From Gemmatimonadales bacterium (lineage in GTDB: Bacteria > Gemmatimonadota > Gemmatimonadetes > Gemmatimonadales > GWC2-71-9), in contig JBFIHA010000002.1 in NCBI GenBank assembly GCA_041602035.1, positions 25,398 through 89,397 of the forward strand: a stretch of 64,000 nt of DNA. Reading direction: 5' to 3'. The notes beneath the pieces were generated by a model. That model had not been told where the DNA came from. It saw only the letters and a list, made by a program, of their open reading frames with translations, and did not search any database. The position numbers and the translations under genes were made by a program. Each line of letters starts with the position of its first letter. Positions within the stretch are counted from its first letter, which is position 1. This document shows, one piece after another, positions 1-9,612 of the stretch.

Positions 1-539
1 TCGGCCGGTGCCCCCGGCACGTGGGACGGCGGGGCCGGCCAGGCGAGCACCGTGTCTCCTCGGGTTGTCGCCCAGGTGATCTGGACCTCTCCACCCTCGG
101 TGAAGCCTACCGCCGCGCGGGCAGCCTCGTAGCGTTGCGCGTCCCGCTCGACCGATCGCGTTGCCGGTGCGATCAGCTGATCGTCAACGAGCAGTAACCC
201 CGCGTGGACCGATGGTGTGCGGTCCATCGCGAAGTAGCCGCCGTTGACGGCAACGCACACGTCGTCGGACGCGGCGAAGCTCGTCAGCGTCTCGCGGCCG
301 TCCTGCGGATCGTCCGAAAGCCTCACGCGCGTGACCACCTGCGGGTGGGGCTCGTCAATGCGCACCGCCCACGCCCGTACCGGCGGGATGCTGCTGTGGC
401 CGGCAAACACACGGACGCCCGCCGGCAGGTCCACGTTGATCGAGTCAATTGGCCGCCAGGTGAGTCGTATCGCCTCGCCACCCGAGCCACTCTGACATGC
501 GGTGAGGGCGATGGTGAGAGGAATCCAGAGCCGTGTCAT
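1..539 (-). CDS. Phosphodiester glycosidase (NAGPA) family lipoprotein, truncated by the left window edge
   Basis: Not in the ORF track. Hand translation from ATG 539 (ATGA overlap with upstream stop) gives MTRLWIPLTIALTAC (lipobox)...GRETLTSFA...CVAVNGGYF...ARAAVGF. NGGYF and R.AvG are typical of the family. Confidence 0.7.
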   Translation of the reverse strand, partial: MTRLWIPLTIALTACQSGSGGEAIRLTWRPIDSINVDLPAGVRVFAGHSSIPPVRAWAVRIDEPHPQVVTRVRLSDDPQDGRETLTSFAASDDVCVAVNGGYFAMDRTPSVHAGLLLVDDQLIAPATRSVERDAQRYEAARAAVGFTEGGEVQITWATTRGDTVLAWPAPPSHVPGAPA

Positions 540-1141
540 GCGCTCGCGGTCTGGCTGGGCTTGCGGGCGACGAGCTGGACCACTGCGCTCCGACCGACAT
601 GGAGCCGTCCCTCGAGCACGTCGCGCTCCACTTCCTGAGCAATCACGAAGTCGAGTCCGCCGAGTTCCACGCGCAACTCGTCGAGCGACACGAGCAGGTC
701 GGCGATGGGTGGACCGCCTGTCCCATGGGCAAGCTGCCGCGGCGTGTAGCCTTCGAGAATGAGCACACCTTCGGGGCGGAGACCGGCGGCAATCTGCCGG
801 TGCAGGCGACGGCGGGGCGCGCGTGGCAAGTGGCAGAAGATCGATACGATGCCGTCCCAGGCCCCTCCGGCGATGGCATACTCTGCGAGGTCGGCGACTT
901 CGGTGCTGATCGTGGCATGCACCCGAGCGGCGAGACGCCGGGCCTTTTCGAGTCCCACCGCGGAGGCGTCGACACAGTGCACCATCCAGCCGCGCGTGGC
1001 GAGAAACGTGGCATTACGACCCTCGCCTTCCCCGAGGCTCAGTATTCGGCCGGGTGGAAGGTGGTGCGCAACCGATGTCAGGAAGGTGTTGGGGGCCGTG
1101 CCATACGCATATCCCTCTTTGGCATACCGGGCGTCCCACAC
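536..1141 (-). CDS. Class I SAM-dependent methyltransferase
   Basis: WDARY..Y.YGT.PN.FL N-terminus and ILSLGEGEGRNA SAM motif. Start moved to GTG 1141 after a GAGG RBS. Confidence 0.85.
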   Translation of the reverse strand: MWDARYAKEGYAYGTAPNTFLTSVAHHLPPGRILSLGEGEGRNATFLATRGWMVHCVDASAVGLEKARRLAARVHATISTEVADLAEYAIAGGAWDGIVSIFCHLPRAPRRRLHRQIAAGLRPEGVLILEGYTPRQLAHGTGGPPIADLLVSLDELRVELGGLDFVIAQEVERDVLEGRLHVGRSAVVQLVARKPSQTASA

Positions 1142-1220
1142 AGTGGCGACCTCGGAGAGAGACCTCCCCGCTCCGTGGGTGCCGCCGCGGCTCCCGCGGC
1201 GCACCGTTCCGCGATGGTCG

Positions 1221-1874
1221 TCAGTCGGCACGAAACCCCGCTGCCGCGTGCGAACCGTCACAGAACGGCTTGTTGCGGGATTGACCGCACCGACAGAACG
1301 CGGCTTTCTCATAGCGGGAGCACCGACTCCCACCACCATCGACGAGGTGAAACGCACCCCGAGCGATGATCGGACCGTTGGGCTGCGGGCTTATGGTCAG
1401 TACACCACCGGCGACATCATCACTCGACTCCACGGTTTCCCGAATCTCACCCGTATCCGAGAATCCGATCGTGTGATGCGTCCCGTCACACAGGGGCTTG
1501 CGCGCCGACGCACCGCAGCGGCAGAGCGCCACCCGGGAGTCGTGCAGCTGTACGTCTCCGCGCGTGCTGGTTACCTGGATCCGCCCGCGGAGGTACAGGG
1601 GGCCACTCGCCGCAACGGCAACGGTATTCTCCGGATCGGCCTGCTCTCCGCTGTCGCGGTCCAAGCGGTCGTAGTGCAGTGCGCCCGTCGGGCAGTGCAC
1701 GATCATCGCTGCAATCGCGTCCGCTGTGGCGCCGTCGGGATCGATCCACGGACGGCGGTCGGGATCGAACACGGTGGGCAGCCGATGCACGCACTCGGCG
1801 GCATGGATGCATCGCTCGACGTCGTACGCGACTCTGATGGAAGCGTTCTCATAGGCCTTGATTCTCCCCGCCAT
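1221..1874 (-). CDS. Divergent 4Fe-4S domain plus two CDGSH iron-sulfur domains
   Basis: RCIHAAEC...CPTGAL, then CRCGAS..KPLCDGTH and CRCGQS.NKPFCDGSH. Confidence 0.9.
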   Translation of the reverse strand: MAGRIKAYENASIRVAYDVERCIHAAECVHRLPTVFDPDRRPWIDPDGATADAIAAMIVHCPTGALHYDRLDRDSGEQADPENTVAVAASGPLYLRGRIQVTSTRGDVQLHDSRVALCRCGASARKPLCDGTHHTIGFSDTGEIRETVESSDDVAGGVLTISPQPNGPIIARGAFHLVDGGGSRCSRYEKAAFCRCGQSRNKPFCDGSHAAAGFRAD

Positions 1875-1902
1875 GCCGGCTCCTCCTCTCCTACGAGCGT
1901 GT

Positions 1903-2439
1903 CTAGTGTATGCCCGTGCTGCCCAGCCCTCCATTCCGGTCCGTCGACTGGGCCACTGAGCCCCGCTCCCACGGCAGCACCGCAAACCGGGTCAGAATCG
2001 CCTGGGCGATCCGCTCGCCGTGAGCGATCTCGCTTGAGCGTGGCGAGTCGTTCTTCACCATGATTAGCCACTCGTCGGGATAATCGGCGTCGATTGTCCC
2101 GGGTGCGTTGGGAAGGATGAAGCCTCGACCGAACGCCACGGATGACCGAATGCGGATCTGTGCCTCGAATCCGTCCGGCACGCGTGCCTTGAACCCTGTC
2201 GGCACGAGCGCGACGTCCCCAGGATCCAGGACCAGCCGCCCATCGGCGATCTTGGTCTCCAGCCGCTCGCCCGATGATGCCGCGATCACGGTCACCGTGC
2301 GATCCCGAAGGTCGGCGCGCACGTCGTAGCCAGCCGCGCCCTCCGTCTGCCGGGTGGGAACGGTGATCCCATCGTGCAGCGGCTCGAAAACGATACGCGG
2401 CGCAGCGGACGGCGGTAGATCGTGGCCGTGAGAGGTCAT
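1903..2439 (-). CDS. dut: dUTP diphosphatase
   Basis: dUTPase motifs AGYD, RSS, PGTIDADY, GERIAQ and R.GGLGSTG. Confidence 0.93.
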   Translation of the reverse strand: MTSHGHDLPPSAAPRIVFEPLHDGITVPTRQTEGAAGYDVRADLRDRTVTVIAASSGERLETKIADGRLVLDPGDVALVPTGFKARVPDGFEAQIRIRSSVAFGRGFILPNAPGTIDADYPDEWLIMVKNDSPRSSEIAHGERIAQAILTRFAVLPWERGSVAQSTDRNGGLGSTGIH

Positions 2440-2523
2440 GGTGACTGTTGTCCGTATCTCAGAACGTCAGAAATCTTCCCACCTGCACCCGCTTCCGACA
2501 TGAGCGCATGTCGACTCAAGATA

Positions 2524-2898
2524 CTAGCGTGTCCGGCGTCGACTCGGCTCGCCGCGAGGCCGCCACCGGAATCGGTCCAGTGAGAGTCTGCCGTTGCGGT
2601 CGAAGACGACCCCCTCCGATTCGAGGAGGTATCGCTGCAGCTGGTCGTCTCCCCGCTGTGAGCGGGCACTGATCTGTCCTTGAGCATTGACCACTCGATG
2701 CCACGGAATGTCCTCACCGTCGGGGAGCGCGTGGAGCGCATAGCCCACCTGGCGGGCGTGACCGGGTAGGCCGGCGAGACTGGCAACCTGCCCGTAGGTG
2801 GCGACTCTCCCGTGTGGGATTCGACAAACGATCCGGTAGATCCGGGTGTAACGGGTCGGGCCTATGGGGCTTCCATTGGCAAGCGGCTGCGTCGCCAC
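2524..2898 (-). CDS. Alkyltransferase-like protein (MGMT family, ATL/YbaZ type)
   Basis: IP.GRVATYGQVA...ARQVG and PWHRVV (Trp replaces the catalytic Cys). Start uncertain. Confidence 0.85.
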   Translation of the reverse strand: MATQPLANGSPIGPTRYTRIYRIVCRIPHGRVATYGQVASLAGLPGHARQVGYALHALPDGEDIPWHRVVNAQGQISARSQRGDDQLQRYLLESEGVVFDRNGRLSLDRFRWRPRGEPSRRRTR

Positions 2899-3272
2899 CC
2901 GGCCATGTCGCCGTCAAGGTGATATACCCGCTCGAAGCCGGCCTGTCTGAGCCGAACCTCGGCGTTCTCCGCCCTCGGGCCACTTTCGCAATACACCACG
3001 ATGTCACGATCTCGGGAGCTGCCCAGCTCGGCGAGACGGGCACCAAGTTGCTGGTACGGGATGTTGACGGCACCTGCGACGTGGCCCGATCGGAACTCCT
3101 CGACACTCCGGACGTCGAGCACGAGCGGCGCGTCGGGACGACCGAGGCGCGATGCTAGCTCTTGCTGTGCCATCGGCCGGTGTGAGCTGGGCGTTCCGAT
3201 GCACGCGATGGCGAGGAGTCCCATTGCCGCAAGTGCAGCGCGCGCGCAATTGGGGAACGTCAGCAGATGCAT
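2862..3272 (-). CDS. Rhodanese-like domain protein with signal/lipoprotein sequence
   Basis: LDVRS.EEF..GHV.GA.NIP, YCESG.RA and L.G.M.GW motifs; N-terminal hydrophobic segment ending LAIAC. Confidence 0.88.
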   Translation of the reverse strand: MHLLTFPNCARAALAAMGLLAIACIGTPSSHRPMAQQELASRLGRPDAPLVLDVRSVEEFRSGHVAGAVNIPYQQLGARLAELGSSRDRDIVVYCESGPRAENAEVRLRQAGFERVYHLDGDMAGWRRSRLPMEAP

Positions 3273-3390
3273 GCGCAGATCCTTCGATTGGTCACCGTTG
3301 GGCAGATGAGATCTCATCAGCCAGACAGATCGATGGCCGGTCGATGGAAGGGTACCCACTGGTCCGCAAGCACCGCAATCCACCCCCGGG

Positions 3391-3891
3391 TCACCAGAGA
3401 TCGGTGCGGGAGGTGTAGGGGATAGGTGGATGTCCGGCGGCCTTGCGGAGAATCGTCAGTTGGCCGATATGGTACGCCTCGTGTTGCAGCAGAAAGGCGA
3501 TGGCTCCGAGGAAACTCGAATCGCTGACCGGAAACTTCTGCGGCGCGGGAGCATCTAGGGCCTCGTCTGGCAACCCCTGCAAGACGGGGCGAACGCGCCG
3601 CGAGACTGAAAGCCACAGGCTCGCTATCGACGCGGGAGAAGGCACTGTGCCGAGATCCTCGACACGCTTCGCATCCCGAATGGTCCGAAGCAGCGGGTCG
3701 GCCATCTCCACGGAGAGCAGCTGCGCCAGGAAATTCCGGGCGTCGAGGACGTGGACCGCAATCCCCGGCATGCCGGCCATCCCCACCGGCTGCACCCACC
3801 CGCGGTCGGCGCTCACGTCTTGGAGCACCGCCAGCAGGAGACTGGTATTCAACTCAAAGACCGCCAGATGGGGTCGCAGTTTGGGATTCAT
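3391..3891 (-). CDS. DinB family protein
   Basis: Conserved H in IAVHVLD and the C-terminal QHEAYHIGQL motif. Confidence 0.85.
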   Translation of the reverse strand: MNPKLRPHLAVFELNTSLLLAVLQDVSADRGWVQPVGMAGMPGIAVHVLDARNFLAQLLSVEMADPLLRTIRDAKRVEDLGTVPSPASIASLWLSVSRRVRPVLQGLPDEALDAPAPQKFPVSDSSFLGAIAFLLQHEAYHIGQLTILRKAAGHPPIPYTSRTDLW

Positions 3892-3916
3892 CGCACCGCT
3901 CACGGTCCCGTGGTGC

Positions 3917-5179
3917 TCACGCACCGCCGACGCCCTCGCGGGCGTCTCCGTGAGGCGAGGGGTCATGATGCTCCCTTCCTCGACGTAGCGAGGGTGCCAG
4001 GCGGGCAATCGACCAGATCCCCATCATCGGTCCAAACGTGAGGATCGCGAAGGCCCAGCGCCAGCTACCCGCCTCGGCGATGGTGGGCACGAGCTGGATG
4101 GTGAGCATCGTGAGCAGGAAGCCGAGCGAGGTCTGAATCGTCAGCGCCGTCCCGACCGCGTGCGTCGGCACGACCTCGGTGATGAGGGCACTGAACTGCG
4201 CGGAGTCGGCGATGACGAAGAAGCCCCAGATGAGCGTCAACGGCACGACGAGCCACAGCGTGGACCCAAAGACCACGCCCGCGAGGAGCGCACAGGCCCC
4301 GCTCACCGCCATGGCGCGAATCACCAATCGATCGTACCCGACACGGTCAGCGACCCATCCGCCCCAGAGACATCCGGCTCCACCCACGGCGATGGCCGCA
4401 AACGCAATGAGACTCACGACTGCATCAGAAGTGCCTTGCCCACTGGCCACGGTGCTTGCGGCGAGAAACGCCGGAATCCACGTCCAGAAGGCATACAGCT
4501 CCCACATGTGACCAAGGTATCCGCCGGTGGCCAGCCGCATCTCGCGTTGTCGGAGCACGCGTCCCACCAGCCCCCACGAGAACGGCCGACGGCTGAACGC
4601 ATACGGTCCGTCGCGATATGTGCTGAGTACGAGCACCGAGGCAAGGAGCGCTCCGGCCGAGACCGACAGCACCACAGGGGTGATGCCGCCCGGTACCCAC
4701 GCCCGCATCAGGTACGGCGCTGCCTTGCCGACCGTCAGTGCCCCGACCACGGTCCCGATAGCCAGGCCTCGGCCGCGTCGAAACCACGTCGCGGCCATCT
4801 TCATGCCCGGCGGATACACGCCCGCGAGGAAGAACCCCGTGGCAAATCGCAGCACGAGCGCCGAACGGTAGTCGGGTGTCACGACGAGTGTGGCATTGGC
4901 GATCGCGCCGAGTGCGGCTGCCGTCGCGAAATACGTGCGTGCTGGCACCACATCGGCGAGGTTGAGCACGGCAGCGGTCGCGGTGCCGACCACGAAGCCC
5001 AGCTGCACCACCGCGGTGAGCCATCCGGCCTGCGACTGACTCAACGACCACATCGCCCGGAACTCGTCGGAGACAGCACTCGCCGAGAACCACAGGCTCA
5101 TGCCTAAGAGCTCGGCGATCGCGAGCAACCCGAGCATGGTGGCCGGGCGCTTCACGGCGCCATGACCTGGCGACTTCAC
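3917..5179 (-). CDS. MFS transporter
   Basis: About 12 hydrophobic segments; GGWVADRVG and ADSAQFSA motifs. Confidence 0.9.
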   Translation of the reverse strand: MKSPGHGAVKRPATMLGLLAIAELLGMSLWFSASAVSDEFRAMWSLSQSQAGWLTAVVQLGFVVGTATAAVLNLADVVPARTYFATAAALGAIANATLVVTPDYRSALVLRFATGFFLAGVYPPGMKMAATWFRRGRGLAIGTVVGALTVGKAAPYLMRAWVPGGITPVVLSVSAGALLASVLVLSTYRDGPYAFSRRPFSWGLVGRVLRQREMRLATGGYLGHMWELYAFWTWIPAFLAASTVASGQGTSDAVVSLIAFAAIAVGGAGCLWGGWVADRVGYDRLVIRAMAVSGACALLAGVVFGSTLWLVVPLTLIWGFFVIADSAQFSALITEVVPTHAVGTALTIQTSLGFLLTMLTIQLVPTIAEAGSWRWAFAILTFGPMMGIWSIARLAPSLRRGREHHDPSPHGDAREGVGGA

Positions 5180-5206
5180 GGGTATCCGTCGATCGGGGTG
5201 GACGGT

Positions 5207-5773
5207 CTAGCCCAGGAGGCCGGTCCACACCGGCTCGAGTGTGATGAGGATGCCGAGATCGGCTGGCAGGTCGGCGCCGTGTCCAGCGTGAAGACAGAAC
5301 TCTGGCGTCGGCCCAAGTACCATTTGCCGACCCCACAGCGTCGTGGCGCCCCCCTCGAAGCGTGGATCGAGCGTGGTGTAGAAATCCGCATAGGGCTGCC
5401 CGCGCGGTTTGGAAAGCCATAACGCTGCCCGAGTTGCCTCGAGGTCTGATCGACCCTTGCGCAAGCGGTACAATCCAGCGATTCCGTTCCCTGCGAGTGC
5501 CGCGGTCCGGTCGTGTGCCACCTGGCGCCGACCCGACACGGCTGCGTCGTTGAGGGGGTCCAGCGCTTCCGATCCCTCCACCAAGTACCAGTCCTCGTAC
5601 ACGGGTTGGGTGGACGGGAGCCACGGTGCCCGGTCGATCCGAAAGCTCGTGGAGCCAAGGTACCCGGGCGGGCTGCCTGCATGGAGCGCCTCGTGAAATG
5701 CTCGGAGCCACCGCTCGTACTCCTCCGCCTGCGCCTCCAGGATGGCGGTGTGCCAGAAGACGTACGCCAACAC
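5207..5773 (-). CDS. Hypothetical protein
   Basis: Protein-like 188-aa ORF in a tightly packed co-directional run. Confidence 0.65.
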   Translation of the reverse strand: MLAYVFWHTAILEAQAEEYERWLRAFHEALHAGSPPGYLGSTSFRIDRAPWLPSTQPVYEDWYLVEGSEALDPLNDAAVSGRRQVAHDRTAALAGNGIAGLYRLRKGRSDLEATRAALWLSKPRGQPYADFYTTLDPRFEGGATTLWGRQMVLGPTPEFCLHAGHGADLPADLGILITLEPVWTGLLG

Positions 5774-5774
5774 G

Positions 5775-5969
5775 TCAGTCGTGGTGATCGGCCGGCCGGA
5801 GGTTTTCCGCTCCGGGAAGTCGGCCGATGAGTTGGGCGGGATCGTGAATCAAGACTGGCAGATGCTGCGGACAAATCCACAGCGACGTGCCACGGTAGTG
5901 CAGGGGGATGAGCGGTGTCAAATGGTCTTCTCGCTGGCAGGCTAGGCAAGTTCCCTGGGAGGTGGTCAT
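5775..5969 (-). CDS. Small putative zinc-binding protein
   Basis: MTTSQGTCLAC...WICPQH (CxxC/CxxH), with AGGAG RBS upstream of ATG 5969. Confidence 0.65.
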   Translation of the reverse strand: MTTSQGTCLACQREDHLTPLIPLHYRGTSLWICPQHLPVLIHDPAQLIGRLPGAENLRPADHHD

Positions 5970-6025
5970 CGATGTGGGCTCCTGATCGAGTGGTGGACGG
6001 TCCCGCTTCGGTCGGCGTCGCTGCT

Positions 6026-6385
6026 TCAGACACGCTTCAGGTGGTCGATCGTCCGCGCGTTCCGCACGTTCCCAGTGTTGACGGTGGTGATGGGCTCGAA
6101 GAGTAGCACGTGGACTTCCTCCTCGGCGGATGGGCAGTGCTCGACTCCACGCGGGACGATCAGGCATTCGCCTTCCTTGAGGGTCACCGTTCGATCGCGA
6201 AACTCCATGGTGAGCCGTCCTTTGAGCACCATGAACAGCTCGTCTTCCGACGCGTGTTGATGCCAGACGAACGTGCCTTTGAGCTTCGCGAGCTTGACGT
6301 ATTGTCCGTTCAGTTCACCGACGATGCGCGGGCTCCAGTGCTCATCGAAGCTCGCGAGCGCCCTCTGCAGGTCGATTACATCCAT
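6026..6385 (-). CDS. Cupin domain protein
   Basis: FVWHQH.SEDELF.VLKG and VPRGVEH.P cupin motifs. Confidence 0.92.
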   Translation of the reverse strand: MDVIDLQRALASFDEHWSPRIVGELNGQYVKLAKLKGTFVWHQHASEDELFMVLKGRLTMEFRDRTVTLKEGECLIVPRGVEHCPSAEEEVHVLLFEPITTVNTGNVRNARTIDHLKRV

Positions 6386-6421
6386 GAGATACTTCCATTG
6401 GTTGCGGTGACACGGCGGCCG

Positions 6422-6922
6422 CTACTCGAACCGTCGCTCCCACCATCCGATGCTCCAATAGCGTCCGAACTTTCGCCCCGCCTCCGAAAACGTTCCGACG
6501 TGTCGGTACCCGAGCGCTTCGTGGAGCGACACAGACGACGGATTGGGGAGAGCAATCCCCGCGTACGCCCGGTGGACGTCTTCCTCTTCGAGGGTGCTCA
6601 ACAGCCGCTCGTAGAGGAGCCGGCCAATGCTCCGGCCGACGCGTTCTGGCGAGACGTACACGGTGGTCTCGACCGAGGGCGCGTACGCGGGTTTCGGTCG
6701 GATCGGCGTGCTGGACGCGTAGCCCACGGCACGGCCCTCGTCGTCGGCCACGAAGAGGCGTTGGCGCCCTCGTGTCCCGAACCCCGTCAGCCAGAGCTCG
6801 CGCTCGCCGAATGTGACCGGCTCGACGTCGAAGGTCACGTGTGAAGTCAGCACGTAGTGGTTGTAAATACGGACGAGGTCGGGCAGGTCCCGATGCTCGG
6901 CCGGCCGGATCACGACCTGCAT
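6422..6922 (-). CDS. GNAT N-acetyltransferase (phosphinothricin acetyltransferase/YncA-like)
   Basis: IYNHYV, ETTVYV, N..S..LHE.LGY and G.KFGRYW motifs. Confidence 0.9.
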   Translation of the reverse strand: MQVVIRPAEHRDLPDLVRIYNHYVLTSHVTFDVEPVTFGERELWLTGFGTRGRQRLFVADDEGRAVGYASSTPIRPKPAYAPSVETTVYVSPERVGRSIGRLLYERLLSTLEEEDVHRAYAGIALPNPSSVSLHEALGYRHVGTFSEAGRKFGRYWSIGWWERRFE

Positions 6923-6944
6923 GGGTCGGTCGACCAGGGGTGAT

Positions 6945-7175
6945 TCACGCGAGGTCGAGCGCAGCCTTGGCGTCGTCCAGCTTGTTGGCCGGCACCATCA
7001 GCGCCACCCCCCGGACCGTTCGACCCTGGTGGCCGGGCCCGAACAGCCCAACGGCTCCGCGCTGGTCGATGCGCGAGGGGATACCGACGCTTTCCAACCG
7101 GCCCGCCGCCATCTCGGCTTCGAACGTGGCGCCGTAGGTGGCGACGGTTGCCCACTTTGGCTTGGCCTGTGTCAT
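6945..7175 (-). CDS. DUF2007-like small protein
   Basis: W.TVATY...EAE.A.G.LES.GIP pattern. Confidence 0.75.
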   Translation of the reverse strand: MTQAKPKWATVATYGATFEAEMAAGRLESVGIPSRIDQRGAVGLFGPGHQGRTVRGVALMVPANKLDDAKAALDLA

Positions 7176-7206
7176 TCTGAGTCATCTCCGCAGGTGAGGC
7201 CGCAGT

Positions 7207-8754
7207 TCAGTGCGGCATCGTCAACACGGCACCGAACAGATCGATGGCGTACCAGAGGTTGCCCACGCGCAGGTTCTCGTCCGGGGCGTGCTGGTTGTTG
7301 TCGTGATTGGCCACCGGAATGATGACCGCCGCAGCACCGAGTAGATCGGTGAACAGATAGAGCGGCAGCGAACCACCTAGGCCCGGGATGAGCAGGATCT
7401 CCCGACCTGTCGCCCGCCGGGCGGCGGCAACCAGACGCTGCACGATGGGTAAGTCCATCGGCGTCCGTGCCGCAGGATAGCCGCCTTCCCGCGTCACCTT
7501 GGCGAGCTTCGGATGCGCCAAGCGGGTTGCCAGATCCGGCTCCTCTCGCACGATGTGGAATCCCTGCCGTCGAACGTGCGCCTCGATGAGATCCAGCATG
7601 GCGTCCGGATCGTTCCCCTTCACCAGGCGCACGCCAACGGCAGCCGTAGCCGTCGACGGAATGACGTTGCGCGTCAGTGCCCCGACGTTTCCACTTTGCA
7701 GCCCCCGTATCGTGAGAGCGGGGAGCATCAGCCGATCGGGCAGCGTCGCGGGTTCCCCCTCGGTCCACGACAGTCCGAGCTCTCGCTTCAGCTCCTCGTC
7801 GTAGTCGGGCAGCCGAGCTAATGCCTCGCGTTCGGCGTGGCCGATTGGCTCGACGGAGTCGTAGAACCCTTCGATGAGCACGGTGCCGTGATCGTCCTTC
7901 ATGGACGCCAGCAGACCGGCCAGCATCTGGCCGGGGACGGGTGCCCAGTTGCCGTAATGCCCACTGTGCAGCGATCGCGTGGCACCGTACACCGTCAGCT
8001 CGAGTCCTGTCACCCCGCGGGCGCCGAACGCGATCTGCGGTTGACCAGACTGATGTACCGGGCCATCCAGAAACAGCCACGCATCGACACTGGCGAGCTT
8101 GGCGCGATGGGTCTCGAGATACTGTCGGAGATGCGGGGAGCCGGCCTCCTCTTCACCCTCGAAGAAGAGAATGAGGTTGGAGGTCGGTGTGATCCCAGCG
8201 TCACGGAAGGCGCGGAACACCTGAAGCAATGCGGCAATGGGCGTCTTGTCGTCCCCGGCAGACCGGGCGTAGATCCGCCAGTCCGGATCGATCGGCTCCC
8301 CCGGTGCCGGCAGCGGTCGCGGTTGGCCACCGTGCTCTTGGGCGCGAGTGTAGAGCGTCGGCTCCCACGGGCCGTGTCGCCATCGTGTCGGGTCGGCTGG
8401 CTGGCCGTCGTAGTGCGCGTAGAGCGCAAGCGTGCGCGTTGCTCCCGGGACGCGCATCTCCGCAAACACGATCGGTGGGGCAGCCGTCATCGAGAGCAAC
8501 TCGGCGGGAATCCCGAGGCCACGGAGCTGCGCCACCAAGTAGTCGGCATTGCGTCGGATCCCCGCCGAGTCGGACGCCACGTTTGGCAGGGACAGCAACT
8601 CGGCAAAATCGGACAGTGCCTGGGCGCCGTGGGCCTCCCGGTGGGTACGCACTGCGGCGAGGCCGTCGGGCTGTCCGCCGAGCTCCTGGGCCTGGAGCCA
8701 GGCCGGCGTGCCGGTGGTTATCGCATAGAGCAGGGCGATGGCACGTGCGTGCAT
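7207..8754 (-). CDS. Exported M20/M25/M40 family metallo-hydrolase
   Basis: YAHYDGQP, ARSAGDDK, EGEEEAGS and QHAPDEN motifs; signal peptide ending AQ. Confidence 0.9.
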   Translation of the reverse strand: MHARAIALLYAITTGTPAWLQAQELGGQPDGLAAVRTHREAHGAQALSDFAELLSLPNVASDSAGIRRNADYLVAQLRGLGIPAELLSMTAAPPIVFAEMRVPGATRTLALYAHYDGQPADPTRWRHGPWEPTLYTRAQEHGGQPRPLPAPGEPIDPDWRIYARSAGDDKTPIAALLQVFRAFRDAGITPTSNLILFFEGEEEAGSPHLRQYLETHRAKLASVDAWLFLDGPVHQSGQPQIAFGARGVTGLELTVYGATRSLHSGHYGNWAPVPGQMLAGLLASMKDDHGTVLIEGFYDSVEPIGHAEREALARLPDYDEELKRELGLSWTEGEPATLPDRLMLPALTIRGLQSGNVGALTRNVIPSTATAAVGVRLVKGNDPDAMLDLIEAHVRRQGFHIVREEPDLATRLAHPKLAKVTREGGYPAARTPMDLPIVQRLVAAARRATGREILLIPGLGGSLPLYLFTDLLGAAAVIIPVANHDNNQHAPDENLRVGNLWYAIDLFGAVLTMPH

Positions 8755-8761
8755 CGGTGCA

Positions 8762-9496
8762 TCAATCCTTGAGGAAGTACTCGATAGTCGAGACGACGCG
8801 CACTGTCTTGAACAGCTGGTTCGGTTCAGAAACGCCGGGCGCCTGGTCGCGTGGCAGGATCACGAAGACTCCTTGATTGGCGCGCCGGATGCCCGCGACG
8901 TCGCTTCGGGAGTCGGTGGCGAACTGTTCGGCCGCCTCACGGGCACTGGCAGTGGCTTCGGCGATCATCGCGGGCTTGAGGTCGTTGAGTCTGGTAAACA
9001 AGAACGTGGGTCCGCCGGGTCCCCATTCCTCACCGGAAGAGAGCACCACGCCGGCGTTGACGAGCTCCCCGACGCGCTGGCTGGCGGCGAGAATGCCGTC
9101 GGGATCGTCGGAACGCACCATGACCGTTTGCGTGATGATGAAACGATTCGGCGTATCCGATAGGCCACCATAAGGACGGGCGTGCACGTCGACGACCCGA
9201 ACACCCTGGAGTTCCGCGTTCGCCGCGTCGATGCCGTTTCGCGCGAGGAAGTCGAAGACCTGAGCGGTGTTCCTGGCGACTCGGGCGTGGGCTCGGGCGA
9301 GATCGTTGTCCCCGACGTTCAAGTGCAACGGCCACAGGGCGAGATCGGCCTTCACTTCTCGTTCCGAAACCCCTTTCACCGTGACGAAGCGATCGGAGCT
9401 GCGCGCCTTCACGAATCCGTGACCGATGAACCAGCCCCCGAGTGCCAGCCCGACACCGAGCAGCAGAGCAGCCCCACTATGTCGGTCCGCGTTCAT
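8762..9496 (-). CDS. SIMPL (DUF541) domain protein
   Basis: N-terminal TM; VTVKG.SEREVKADLA.WPL and IRRANQG.F.I motifs. Confidence 0.88.
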   Translation of the reverse strand: MNADRHSGAALLLGVGLALGGWFIGHGFVKARSSDRFVTVKGVSEREVKADLALWPLHLNVGDNDLARAHARVARNTAQVFDFLARNGIDAANAELQGVRVVDVHARPYGGLSDTPNRFIITQTVMVRSDDPDGILAASQRVGELVNAGVVLSSGEEWGPGGPTFLFTRLNDLKPAMIAEATASAREAAEQFATDSRSDVAGIRRANQGVFVILPRDQAPGVSEPNQLFKTVRVVSTIEYFLKD

Positions 9497-9612
9497 ACGT
9501 ACCTCCGGCGATCACGGTGCCAATCGGTGCACCCAGCACAGCTGCGGGTCCTTCCAACGGTAGCCTTCTGGCATGGCCCGGGGCCAGATCGCATAGCACG
9601 GTCCCTACACGC

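Noticed and set aside
759-2063. 434-aa plus-strand ORF
   Set aside because: Antisense to three well-supported genes and low-complexity Arg/Ala/Pro composition.
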